Shown here: in pieces, positions 9,059 through 17,460 of the stretch
Numbering within the stretch: position 1 is the first letter of the stretch
Layout of the letters: each line of letters starts with the position of its first letter
Assembly (NCBI GenBank): GCA_965223005.1
Contig: CBDCVK010000006.1
Location: 96,001-160,000 of the forward strand
Origin: Terriglobia bacterium
GTDB taxonomy: Bacteria > Acidobacteriota > Terriglobia > JAJPHL01 > JAPKYU01
Direction of reading: 5' to 3'
DNA: 64,000 bases
Notes under the pieces: generated by a model
The model's input: the letters and a program-made list of their open reading frames with translations, nothing else
Database searches by the model: none
What the model was told of the DNA's origin: nothing
Made by a program: the position numbers and the translations under genes

Positions 9059-10033
9059 TTATTTCTTGCTCCCGCCGGGCACCTGGCGCTCCGGTTTGGG
9101 GACCACCCGAACGAGGCTGAACGGCCGCTGCTTCAGGGTGTCGGAGAGCTGCCGGAGATTCTGCGACGTCACCCGGATGTTTTCCATAGTCTCATCCAGA
9201 TTGTCGGAATTGGTAGTCATGACGACGTTCAACTTCGTCATCAGCTCGCGCGCCTCCTCCAGCGTCTGGGAAAGCTGAGCCAGCGAAGCCCGCAGGTCGG
9301 GACGGTTCTCGGCCACCACCGCCTGCACCTCAGCAATCAGTTTGTCCACCTTTGCGGTGGTCGCGCGCAGATCGGCCATGAACGGGTCGATCTTGCCGGA
9401 AGCGTTCTCCAGGTTGGTGGCGATTTTATCAATCTTCGGCGACTGACGCTCGATCATCTCGTCGGTCTGCCGCAAAACGCTAGCCAGGTGCGCTCGGTTT
9501 TCCTCGCCGGTGGCATCGTGCAGGTTGATCAGCAGCTGGTCCACTTGCGCCGAGATCTGGTTGACGTTCTTGTGCAGGTCGGCAACCAGGGGCTCCGCCC
9601 GGTCAGCCATTGCGCTCAACTTGCGCATTAGCATCGCCAAGTTCTGCGTCTCCATGGAAGGAATGGTGCTGCCGGGTTGCAGGGTGGAGGGCGCGGTGCC
9701 CGGCTGAATTTCTATGTAGTTCTCGCTCAGCAAGCCCAGTTGGGAAAGGCCCGCCACGCTGTCGGTGGGCAGGGGGACGTCGGCCTCCACGTCCAGGCCA
9801 ATCTCGATGCGGTAGACATCTCCGGAAGAGACCCCCACGGACGTGACGTGGCCCGCCTTCAGGCCACCAAACCGCACCAGGGCTCCCGGCTCCAAGCCGC
9901 CAGCAAATTTGAGGTAGGTTTTGTACCCGACGTATTCTGTTCCCAGCCCCACCCCCGTCATGTAAAAGACCGCCGTCACCAGGATGGCCACCGCGACCAG
10001 CACCATCAGGCCCACTTTTGCTTGGTCGTTCAT
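9059..10033 (-). CDS. mlaD: MlaD/MCE family protein with a long helical tail
   Basis: N-terminal TM, AGGLEPGALVRFGGLKAGHV MCE motif, GLLSENYIEIQPG, coiled-coil C-terminus. Confidence 0.9.
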   Translation of the reverse strand: MNDQAKVGLMVLVAVAILVTAVFYMTGVGLGTEYVGYKTYLKFAGGLEPGALVRFGGLKAGHVTSVGVSSGDVYRIEIGLDVEADVPLPTDSVAGLSQLGLLSENYIEIQPGTAPSTLQPGSTIPSMETQNLAMLMRKLSAMADRAEPLVADLHKNVNQISAQVDQLLINLHDATGEENRAHLASVLRQTDEMIERQSPKIDKIATNLENASGKIDPFMADLRATTAKVDKLIAEVQAVVAENRPDLRASLAQLSQTLEEARELMTKLNVVMTTNSDNLDETMENIRVTSQNLRQLSDTLKQRPFSLVRVVPKPERQVPGGSKK

Positions 10034-10899
10034 ATCGATCCCGCCGAACCAGCGCGTTTTTGCAGCTCGGGCCTCGCGGATTCTGCTGTCTTGCCGTTGC
10101 GGCCGGCGTCGCCCTCTGTGCCGAGCAGCGCTTGGACGTAATCGGAAGCCTCGAGGCTCTCGTCGTCGGGAACGCGGTCCAGGAACTGGCGAACACGGGG
10201 TTGTGTACTGCCCTGGATTTCCTCGCGGGTACCGCTGGCGATAACCCGTCCCTTGTGCACCATAGTGATGCGGTCAGCAATCAGGAAGGCGCTGGCCAGC
10301 TCGTGGGTGACCACTACGATCGTCATGCCGAACGCCTGCTTTAATTTTACGATCAGCTCATCAATGCCAGCGGCAATGATGGGGTCCAGGCCGGCGGAAG
10401 GCTCGTCGAACAGGAGGATCTCCGGATCCATGGCCATGGCGCGGGCGACGGCGGCTCGCTTCTTCATGCCTCCAGAGAGCTGGGACGGCATGTAGTTCTC
10501 AAAGCCCGCCAGCCCCACCTGCTCCAGTTTCATTCGCGTGATGATCTGGATGGTGGACTCTTCCAATTCGGTGTGCTCGCGCAGCGGCAGGGCCACGTTG
10601 TCCCCTACCGTCATGGAATTGAACATCGCTGACCCCTGGAACGACATTCCCATCTTGCGCCGGATCTGATTCAGTTCGCGCTCCGGGAGGCGGCAAAAGT
10701 CGTGTCCCATGATGTAGACGAAACCAGAGGTGGGTGTCTCCAGGCCCACGATGTGCCGCAGCAGCGTGCTCTTGCCCGAGCCGCTGCCGCCTAGGATGAC
10801 CATCGTTTGGCCGCGGTGAACGTCCATGCTGACCCCTTGCAACACCGGTCGCGTCCCGTAGTGGGCCACCAGGTTCTGGACGGAAATAATCGGCTCCAT
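10030..10899 (-). CDS. mlaF: MlaF-like ABC ATP-binding protein
   Basis: GGSGSGKS, LSGGMKKR, DEPSAGLDP, VTHEL; start placed at ATG 10899. Confidence 0.92.
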   Translation of the reverse strand: MEPIISVQNLVAHYGTRPVLQGVSMDVHRGQTMVILGGSGSGKSTLLRHIVGLETPTSGFVYIMGHDFCRLPERELNQIRRKMGMSFQGSAMFNSMTVGDNVALPLREHTELEESTIQIITRMKLEQVGLAGFENYMPSQLSGGMKKRAAVARAMAMDPEILLFDEPSAGLDPIIAAGIDELIVKLKQAFGMTIVVVTHELASAFLIADRITMVHKGRVIASGTREEIQGSTQPRVRQFLDRVPDDESLEASDYVQALLGTEGDAGRNGKTAESARPELQKRAGSAGSI

Positions 10900-10968
10900 G
10901 TGTAACGTTCCAAGTCGGAGGTTCAAAGTCAAGTTCCGACCTTGGGCCTTGGACCTTGAACCAGATCG

Positions 10969-11757
10969 TCAGCCTAGCACATAAAAGAAACCAGTGAAGA
11001 TCACGTCCGCTACGATCACGCTGAAAATCGAAATCACCACCGACGAGGTGGTCGAGCGCCCCACGCCCTCCGGCCCGCCGGTCACGGTGAAACCCTCGTA
11101 GCAGCCGATCTGCACGATGACCATCCCGAACACGACGCTTTTGATCAGCCCCGTAATGATGTCGCGCATCACCAACGCTTCAGCGGTGGCCAGCAGGTAC
11201 TGGCGTAGCCCCATCCCCAGCTCGGAAGTATAGGCGAACGTCGCCCCGCCCAGTATCCCCATCAGGTCGGCGATCATGGTCAGACACGGCATCATCACGA
11301 TCATCGCCAGAAATTTCGGGACCAAAAGGAAGTGAATGGGATTCAAGCCCATGGTGACCAGCGCATCCACTTCCTCGCTGACCTTCATGGTTCCCAATTC
11401 GGCAGCGAACGCCGAACCGGAACGCCCAATGACAATGATCGCGGTCATCAGGGGACCCAATTCGCGGGTTATGGAAACGCCTACCAGGTCCACCACAAGG
11501 TGAAGGGCGCCGATCTTCCTCATCTCATAGGCGCCCTGGAGGGCCATGATGAGGCCAATAAAGAAGCCGATCAGGCAAACCACGGGCACCGCCTGGATGC
11601 CCACCGATACCATCTGGTGAATGGCAGTGCTCCAGCGCAACCTGCTCCCGCGAAAAGGCGCAACGAGAGTCCAGTAGAATCCCGCCTTGGTCTGGCGGGA
11701 AACACCTCCCATATACTCCAGCAAGCGAACCGTATGGGCTCCAATGGCGGAGAGCAT
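10969..11757 (-). CDS. mlaE: MlaE family ABC permease
   Basis: RELGPLMTAIIVIGRSGSAFAAELGTMKVSEEVDAL, GVGRSTT. Confidence 0.93.
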   Translation of the reverse strand: MLSAIGAHTVRLLEYMGGVSRQTKAGFYWTLVAPFRGSRLRWSTAIHQMVSVGIQAVPVVCLIGFFIGLIMALQGAYEMRKIGALHLVVDLVGVSITRELGPLMTAIIVIGRSGSAFAAELGTMKVSEEVDALVTMGLNPIHFLLVPKFLAMIVMMPCLTMIADLMGILGGATFAYTSELGMGLRQYLLATAEALVMRDIITGLIKSVVFGMVIVQIGCYEGFTVTGGPEGVGRSTTSSVVISIFSVIVADVIFTGFFYVLG

Positions 11758-11817
11758 GGCGGTGCTCAGGTCGCGAAACGCTTGGGCCGTCTTCCTCGGG
11801 TGGGCGGGGCGCCGGCG

Positions 11818-12156
11818 TTAAGCTTTCAGCGCCTCTTCTACCGTGTCATAGATGTCGAAGACCTTGATCAGTCGGGTCAGTTCCAGCACCTGTCGCGGCG
11901 CCTTGTTGAGTCCGCAGAGCGCAAAACGGATCTGTGCCTTCCGCGCCAGCTGCAACCCTTCGACAAGCGAGGCGACCCCGGAACTGTCAACGTACTTGAC
12001 CCCGGTCAGGTTCAACAGCACGCGGTCTCCGCTCTTCTGGTTCAGCTCGTCCAGAATGGTTTGGCGCACCTGAGGGGAGGAGTACAGGTCAATGTCACCC
12101 ACCACGTCAATCACGGAGGTTCCGCCTTCTTTGCGGACTTTGATCTGAATGCTCAT
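11818..12156 (-). CDS. Anti-sigma factor antagonist (RsbV/SpoIIAA-type STAS)
   Basis: GDIDLYSSP, LNLTGVKYVDSSGVASL with the phospho-acceptor Ser region. Confidence 0.88.
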   Translation of the reverse strand: MSIQIKVRKEGGTSVIDVVGDIDLYSSPQVRQTILDELNQKSGDRVLLNLTGVKYVDSSGVASLVEGLQLARKAQIRFALCGLNKAPRQVLELTRLIKVFDIYDTVEEALKA

Positions 12157-12587
12157 TCTGTGACAGCGCCAGTTTCGACGCGCCGGCGCGGGCGCAAAGA
12201 TTTGGCCAAGAACAACTCGTTCCCTTGTTCACTGGGCCGGTAGCGAACTTCGTCCATAACGGAACGGATCAAGTGCGTTCCCAATCCGCCGGGTCGGACT
12301 TCCTCCAGGGGACGTGGCTGTAGGCTGTCCGGTCGCGGCGAGCGTCCCTGGTCCACCAGCAGGAACTCGATCCGGTCCTCCTTGGCGGAGCAGGAGAGGC
12401 CGATTTCCCCGTCTGTGCGGCCTTGGTACGCATGGCGGATGACGTTAGCGCAAGCTTCATCCACGGCCAGGATGATGAACTGCGCTTCGTCCTCAGCAAA
12501 ACCGCAATGCTCCGCCATTTCCCCAACCAGGCAGCGGACTGTGCGCAACAGCCGGGGGTCGCTGGGAAAACGAAGATCCAATCTCAA
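12153..12587 (-). CDS. Anti-sigma factor Ser kinase (RsbW/SpoIIAB-like HATPase)
   Basis: LAVDEACANVIRHAY, DQG, GGLGTHLIRSVMDEV; overlaps the downstream STAS start. Confidence 0.88.
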   Translation of the reverse strand: MRLDLRFPSDPRLLRTVRCLVGEMAEHCGFAEDEAQFIILAVDEACANVIRHAYQGRTDGEIGLSCSAKEDRIEFLLVDQGRSPRPDSLQPRPLEEVRPGGLGTHLIRSVMDEVRYRPSEQGNELFLAKSLRPRRRVETGAVTE

Positions 12588-12703
12588 AAGCGCACCCCTA
12601 GATCAGTTGGGAAGAAAAGCGAATGTATACCAAACTTGGCCAAGCGCCAAGGGGAAAAGCAGGCGCGGGCCTGGACGTGGCTTTCGGTCCGGCGCGGAGC
12701 CGA

Positions 12704-12842
12704 CTAACAGGGTGCTGAAGAACTGATCTTGCGGACCGCTTGCTTGCGCGCGCGGCTCGGTAACTACTGGAGAATCAGTCAAGCTGATTGAGAGCCGCGA
12801 CCATTAGCGAGTTGTTTCCCGGGTTTTTCAGCACGCTGCTGG
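12704..12842. mobile_element. MITE-like element with ~20-bp terminal inverted repeats and an internal REP-like palindrome
   Basis: Left CTAACAGGGTGCTGAAGAAC vs reverse-complemented right end CCAGCAGCGTGCTGAAAAAC (16/20); inner CGCGGCTC...GAGCCGCG inverted arms. Confidence 0.6.
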
Positions 12843-12983
12843 CTCTGGCAAAGTCAGCCCGGCGTCTTCTCCCAAGGAGCAGATCAACCCCTGGTCCCAA
12901 GGGCAGGTCCCCTCCCGGCCTATGAGGAGATCACGGCCGGGATGACCGTTGGGCCGATCGCCTTCCTGCGTTAGAATGAAAGC

Positions 12984-13345
12984 ATGCGGCATTTCCTTCT
13001 CATCACGTTGCTTGTTTGTTTTTGCGTGCTTTCGAGCCTGGCCCAAGGGGGAGGGGGGACCCTTGGAGCAAGCCCGCGCGAGCATCCGCACCGAGCCATT
13101 CCCTCCTCCTGCGTCTGCGGGGCATCCGCACCGATTCGCCATTCCCTCCTCCTGCGTCTTCCAAACTCTTGAAACACCGGCACGAACAGGCCAAGAAACT
13201 CAGCAGCCAGTTGGTGCAATTGGTCTCGGAGGTGGACGAAGAGTTAAACAAAAGCGGGGCGAACATCCTGTCTGTAAGCACGCTTAAGAAACTCAAGCAG
13301 ATTGAGAAACTGGCGCGCAAGCTCAGAGGGCGAATAAAGCAGTGA
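12984..13345 (+). pseudogene. Frameshifted small exported helical protein
   Basis: Signal peptide in frame 12984 (MRHFLLITLLVCFCVLSSLAQ); helical C-terminus (...SQLVQLVSEVDEELNKSGANILSVSTLKKLKQIEKLARKL) in frame 13016; G5-A-G6 tract at 13047-13058 and a 40-bp imperfect duplication in between. Confidence 0.65.
13082..13158. repeat. Imperfect ~40-bp tandem duplication
   Basis: GCATCCGCACCGAGCCATTCCCTCCTCCTGCGTCT at 13082 and GCATCCGCACCGATTCGCCATTCCCTCCTCCTGCGTCT at 13122. Confidence 0.9.
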
Positions 13346-13504
13346 ACAAGTTCTTGCTCTACCGTCCGAGGCTCGCCGTCACATGGCGCCTTCGAGGACC
13401 GGTATTTCTGCTGACTGCTGGTGACGGCGGCCGTTACCCCTGTGCTGGGGAGCCCGCAACTTGAGGTTGTCTCTGGGCAGGCCACTGCCGGGCAGTGGCG
13501 GGTC

Positions 13505-14797
13505 CTACCGCTTGGCGTCAGCCGCCAGTTTCTTCAAATACTTGAGTTGCTCGGTCCGCGATTTCACCTTGCCATCCAGTAGCGCCGTGAAGAGCGAGTT
13601 GAGGATTCGCCCGTAAGCAGGTGTCTCCGGAGCCACTCCCAGGGCCTGTAATTCCTTTTCAGGAAGTTTTTCTTTCAACGGGCGATGTCGGGAGATGTAG
13701 CCCTTGAGCTTGTCCTGAACCTTCCTCTGGGGGAAATAGAGAAGGACAAACAGGAGTAGTTCAGCGGGCTGCGCAGACAGCAACTGGAATGCTTTCGACG
13801 GGGCGTTGGCCTCCTTGCTGGCCAGTCGGCGTACCAGTTGTTTGCCCCGCGCTTCCAGTTTCATCCAGGGTTCGGTGGCGGCTCGCTTCATCTTCAATCG
13901 TCGGACAAGGGTCGCGTAGTCACGGGAAGAAAGCCTCCGGGTCAGGTAAAAGACGCACGGCCCGTAGAGGCTGGCCCGCAGCCCATGTTCGTCCAGCCAG
14001 CGGGCGGTCTTCTCCATCCGGAGCACCTCTGGTAAGTTGAGTCGCCGGCCGCTCAGTTTCGAGTGGAACACCCGGGTCATTTCTTCCTTGTCCAGCGCCT
14101 TGAGGATTTCGCAGGGGCGTAACTCTTGCGTAATCTCGTACAGCTCCTTGCGCAGCCGCCCCGGCAGGGCGTGCTGCAACAGTTCCCGTTCCTTGGCCCA
14201 GTGGAACTGGGTCGCCGTTTTCGGATCGAGGGCAAAATGGAGGCGAGAGCGGAAGCGCACCAGGCGCAGCAGGCGGGTCGGATCGTCGGCAAACGAGTAG
14301 TTGTGCAAGGATCGGATTTCGCGGCGCTCGATGTCACCAACGCCGTTGTTGGGGTCCAGCACGAGACCCCGGGAGGCCCGGTTGAGCGAGAGCCCGATGG
14401 CGTTCATCGAGAAGTCGCGGCGCCGCAGGTCCATGTGGATATTGCCCGGCGCGATCTTCGGCTCGGCCCCAACTTTGGTGTAACGCTCGGATCGGCACTG
14501 GGCCAATTCCACGGTCACCTCACCGGGAAAGATCAGTTCGGCGGATTGGCGCTGCCGATCCATCTCGCGCACTTCCACGCCTGGCAACTTTTCCACCGCT
14601 CGCAGGAGCTTCAGCGCGTTGCCCTCGACGGCGAAGTCCAGGTCGCGGATCGGATGTCCGCACAGCATGTCCCGCAGTGCGCCCCCAACCAAAAAGAGAT
14701 TGAGGTCCCGCTCTGCTGCTAGATGCTCTAGGCGCTGCACGACGGCTACTTGCTCCGGAGCCAGGCGGCTCTCCATCAGAAACAGGAAGTCAGGCAT
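13505..14797 (-). CDS. tRNA nucleotidyltransferase (class II; probably A-adding type)
   Basis: VGGALRD, DLDF, DLRRRDFSMNAI, LHNYSFADDPTRLLR. Confidence 0.85.
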   Translation of the reverse strand: MPDFLFLMESRLAPEQVAVVQRLEHLAAERDLNLFLVGGALRDMLCGHPIRDLDFAVEGNALKLLRAVEKLPGVEVREMDRQRQSAELIFPGEVTVELAQCRSERYTKVGAEPKIAPGNIHMDLRRRDFSMNAIGLSLNRASRGLVLDPNNGVGDIERREIRSLHNYSFADDPTRLLRLVRFRSRLHFALDPKTATQFHWAKERELLQHALPGRLRKELYEITQELRPCEILKALDKEEMTRVFHSKLSGRRLNLPEVLRMEKTARWLDEHGLRASLYGPCVFYLTRRLSSRDYATLVRRLKMKRAATEPWMKLEARGKQLVRRLASKEANAPSKAFQLLSAQPAELLLFVLLYFPQRKVQDKLKGYISRHRPLKEKLPEKELQALGVAPETPAYGRILNSLFTALLDGKVKSRTEQLKYLKKLAADAKR

Positions 14798-14833
14798 GAT
14801 CGTCAGTCACCAACCGCCGTCACCAATTCTGGC

Positions 14834-15727
14834 TCAAGCCCTGGGGTGATGGCGCAGGAATACTTGTCGTAGTCGCTCGGACAGCACATGGGTATAGATC
14901 TGAGTAGTAGCAATGTCAGCGTGTCCCAGCATCTGCTGCACGGAGCGCAGGTCGGCGCCGCGCGCCAGCAGGTGTGTCGCGAAACTGTGGCGCAGCAGAT
15001 GGGGGGTCAACCGCTGGCGGATGCCAGCCTGCCGCCCGGCCTGCACCATCATCTTCCAGAATGCCTGGCGCGTCAGACGCGTTCCGCGCCGGCTGACGAA
15101 CAAAAAGGGCGAAGTGCGCCGTCCCAGCAAGGCCTGGCGGGCGCCGCGCTGGTAGGCCTCCACCGCCTCCAGCCCCGAACGTCCCACTGGCACCAGCCGC
15201 TGCTTGTTGCCCTTGCCCGTCACCTGAAGGTAGCCCAGTTGGGCGTGCAGGTCGCCGGTACGCAGCGCAACCAGTTCCGAGACGCGCAAGCCGGTGGAGT
15301 AGAGCAGCTCGAGCATGGCGCGGTCCCGCGCCCCTTCGGGGCTGCCGGGATCGGGGGTTGCCAGCAGGCACTCGACATCTTCCAGGGCTAGATAGCGGGG
15401 CAGGGTCTTCCAGGTCTTGGGCGATTCCAGGTTCAGTGTGGGGTCGGTTTTGAGCACACCGTCGCGCAGTAATTGCCGATAGAAGCCGCGGAGCGTGGCC
15501 AGGTGGCGGGCGATGCTCCGTCCGTCCAGCTTGGCTGCGTACAGCGAGGCCAGATACCGCTGCACGTCAGGCCGAGTGGCTTCTTCGGGGCGCCGACCCC
15601 CGTTTTCCAAGAAAGCGGCGTAGCGGTGCAGATCGCGTTCGTAAGCAGCCGCCGTGTTCAGGGCGAGGCGCTTTTCCACACGGATGTAGTTCAAGAACTC
15701 GGCGATCCGACGCCGGCCCTTGCTCAG
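14834..15727 (-). CDS. xerD: Site-specific tyrosine recombinase XerD
   Basis: RDRAMLELLYSTGLRVSEL, GKGNKQRLVP, TPHLLRHSFATHLL, GHADIATTQIYTHV, HHPRA; start uncertain (CTG 15727 or TTG 15694). Confidence 0.92.
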   Translation of the reverse strand: MSKGRRRIAEFLNYIRVEKRLALNTAAAYERDLHRYAAFLENGGRRPEEATRPDVQRYLASLYAAKLDGRSIARHLATLRGFYRQLLRDGVLKTDPTLNLESPKTWKTLPRYLALEDVECLLATPDPGSPEGARDRAMLELLYSTGLRVSELVALRTGDLHAQLGYLQVTGKGNKQRLVPVGRSGLEAVEAYQRGARQALLGRRTSPFLFVSRRGTRLTRQAFWKMMVQAGRQAGIRQRLTPHLLRHSFATHLLARGADLRSVQQMLGHADIATTQIYTHVLSERLRQVFLRHHPRA

Positions 15728-15744
15728 GTCAGCCTTCGGTCGAA

Positions 15745-17340
15745 CTACGCCGACTGCCCCGGGCCGGGTTCGGGTGGCCGCCTTCTTTGTTTCGCGATTC
15801 CGTATAACTCGCTGACCTCCTCACAGCGTAACAATCGGGCCATGCCAAAGAATACCAGGATTCCCGCGGCCAGCATGCCGGCCAGCATCATCACCTGCCA
15901 GCTCAGGGGATGTGGCTGCTGGAAGCCGGAGGCCTGCAACATGCTCCAGCAGGCCAGCCCCATAACAGCAGTTGCCACCGACGCCTTGCCCACCGAAAGC
16001 AGGATGGCGCGATGGCCCAGCTCGCCGTAGCGGCGCACGAAAATCCCCAGCAGCAGGGCGAAGTTGAGGAAACCGGCCAGTGAGGTGGCCGCTGCCGGAC
16101 CGCCATTGCGCAGGGGCTCGAGAAACATAAAGTTAAACACCACGTTAGCCACCATGACGATGGCAGCAACCTTCACCGGCGTGCGCATGTCCTGGGTCGA
16201 GTAGAAAGCGGGCACGATGATCTTGGTCGCGGCAAACCAGGGCAGGCCAAAGGCAAAGAACAGCAAGGCCCAGGCAGTTATCTGGGTGGAGCGCTCATCG
16301 AAACGCCCATGCTGGAACAACACCTGGATGATTGGCTCCCGCAAGATCACCAGGCCTACCATCGCTGGGATGGTTATAAAGGAAACAATGCGCAGGGAAA
16401 AGGAAATTGTTTGTCGCAGCGCGTCCATGTTCTTTTCTACTACCTGCTGGGCCATCATCGGCAGGATGGCCGTTGCCACGGCAATGGCGTAGCCACCCAA
16501 CACCAGCTCCATGACCCGGTCGGCGATTTGCAGTGACATCAGGCTGCCCTGGGGCATCAACTTATGGGTCGCAAACACGGTATCCACCACAAAGTTGATC
16601 TGGGCCACGCCAATTCCTACAAACCCGGGCACCATCAGCTGAGCCACTCGACGGATTCCCGGGTGGCGAAAGGAAATTCCGAAACTGAAGCGCATCCCGT
16701 GCCTCCACAGCAAGGGAAGCTGCAGGGCGAGCTGGAGGAGACCACCAAGTACGACTCCAAACGCCAGTGGAATTGCAGGCTGCTCGAAGCGGAGAGCTAC
16801 CAAAGAAAAGCCAATGACACTCAGGTTCAATAGTACCGGGGCCAGCGCCGGAACGGCAAAGATCCGAAAGCTGTTCAGGATGGCCATGGCGAGCGCTGAC
16901 AGGCCGATGAAGAAAATGTAAGGCCACATGATGCGGTTCAGCAGAACCGCCAGCTCGAGGTCCACATTGCCGGTGCCCAGCGTCAACAAGTCCACCAGGG
17001 TGGGAGAGAAAATGACGCCCAGTACCGTAACGACCGCCAGCAACAGCGAGAGCGTCCAGAACATGCGATTGGCAAATTCCCTCCACTCGTGGCTCTCCTT
17101 TTCCTTGAGGAAGGTGGCGAAAACGGGAATAAATGAGGCGCTCATTGAACCTTCCGCCACTAGCCTTCTGAGAAGATTGGGAATCCTGTAGGCAAGGACG
17201 AAGGAATCACTAACCACGGAGGTGCCCAGAATGTAGGCAATTCGCTGGTCGCGGACGTAGCCCAATACGCGGCTGACCAGGGTCAGCGTGCTAATGATCC
17301 CCGCCGACCGTAAAATCTGCTTTGTATCTTTCGAGGACAG
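15745..17340 (-). CDS. murJ: Lipid II flippase MurJ (MviN)
   Basis: ILRSAGIISTLTLVSRVLGYVRD, RIPNLLRRLVAEGSMSASFIP; the conserved N-terminus extends to CTG at 17340, behind GGAG and an in-frame TAG. Confidence 0.93.
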   Translation of the reverse strand: MSSKDTKQILRSAGIISTLTLVSRVLGYVRDQRIAYILGTSVVSDSFVLAYRIPNLLRRLVAEGSMSASFIPVFATFLKEKESHEWREFANRMFWTLSLLLAVVTVLGVIFSPTLVDLLTLGTGNVDLELAVLLNRIMWPYIFFIGLSALAMAILNSFRIFAVPALAPVLLNLSVIGFSLVALRFEQPAIPLAFGVVLGGLLQLALQLPLLWRHGMRFSFGISFRHPGIRRVAQLMVPGFVGIGVAQINFVVDTVFATHKLMPQGSLMSLQIADRVMELVLGGYAIAVATAILPMMAQQVVEKNMDALRQTISFSLRIVSFITIPAMVGLVILREPIIQVLFQHGRFDERSTQITAWALLFFAFGLPWFAATKIIVPAFYSTQDMRTPVKVAAIVMVANVVFNFMFLEPLRNGGPAAATSLAGFLNFALLLGIFVRRYGELGHRAILLSVGKASVATAVMGLACWSMLQASGFQQPHPLSWQVMMLAGMLAAGILVFFGMARLLRCEEVSELYGIAKQRRRPPEPGPGQSA

Positions 17341-17382
17341 CTACGAAGTCTCCAGAAATGAGTGAGTTACGCCCTGGTCAGC

Positions 17383-17435
17383 TTGACATCCCACGAACGC
17401 TATACTAGCATAGCCCGACGCCTTGGGGCAAAAGG
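17383..17435. promoter_or_regulatory. Overlapping divergent sigma70 promoters (murJ and the DUF6982-like/lpxD operon)
   Basis: Plus strand TTGACA-17-TAGCAT; minus strand TTGCCC-18-TAGTAT with TG extension; the -10 boxes share the near-palindrome GCTATACTAGCATAGC (17399-17414). Confidence 0.55.
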
Positions 17436-17460
17436 GCGCGATGAGGTGTCTGGCGCGACC

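Noticed and set aside
10902-10965. Short CCTTGGR-type heptamer runs and hairpin (similar at ~23165-23200 and ~26985-27015)
   Set aside because: Degenerate low-complexity intergenic repeats with no specific function supportable
14834-15727. xerD as a mobile-element integrase
   Set aside because: Canonical chromosomal XerD motifs within a housekeeping operon; no att or dif site seen
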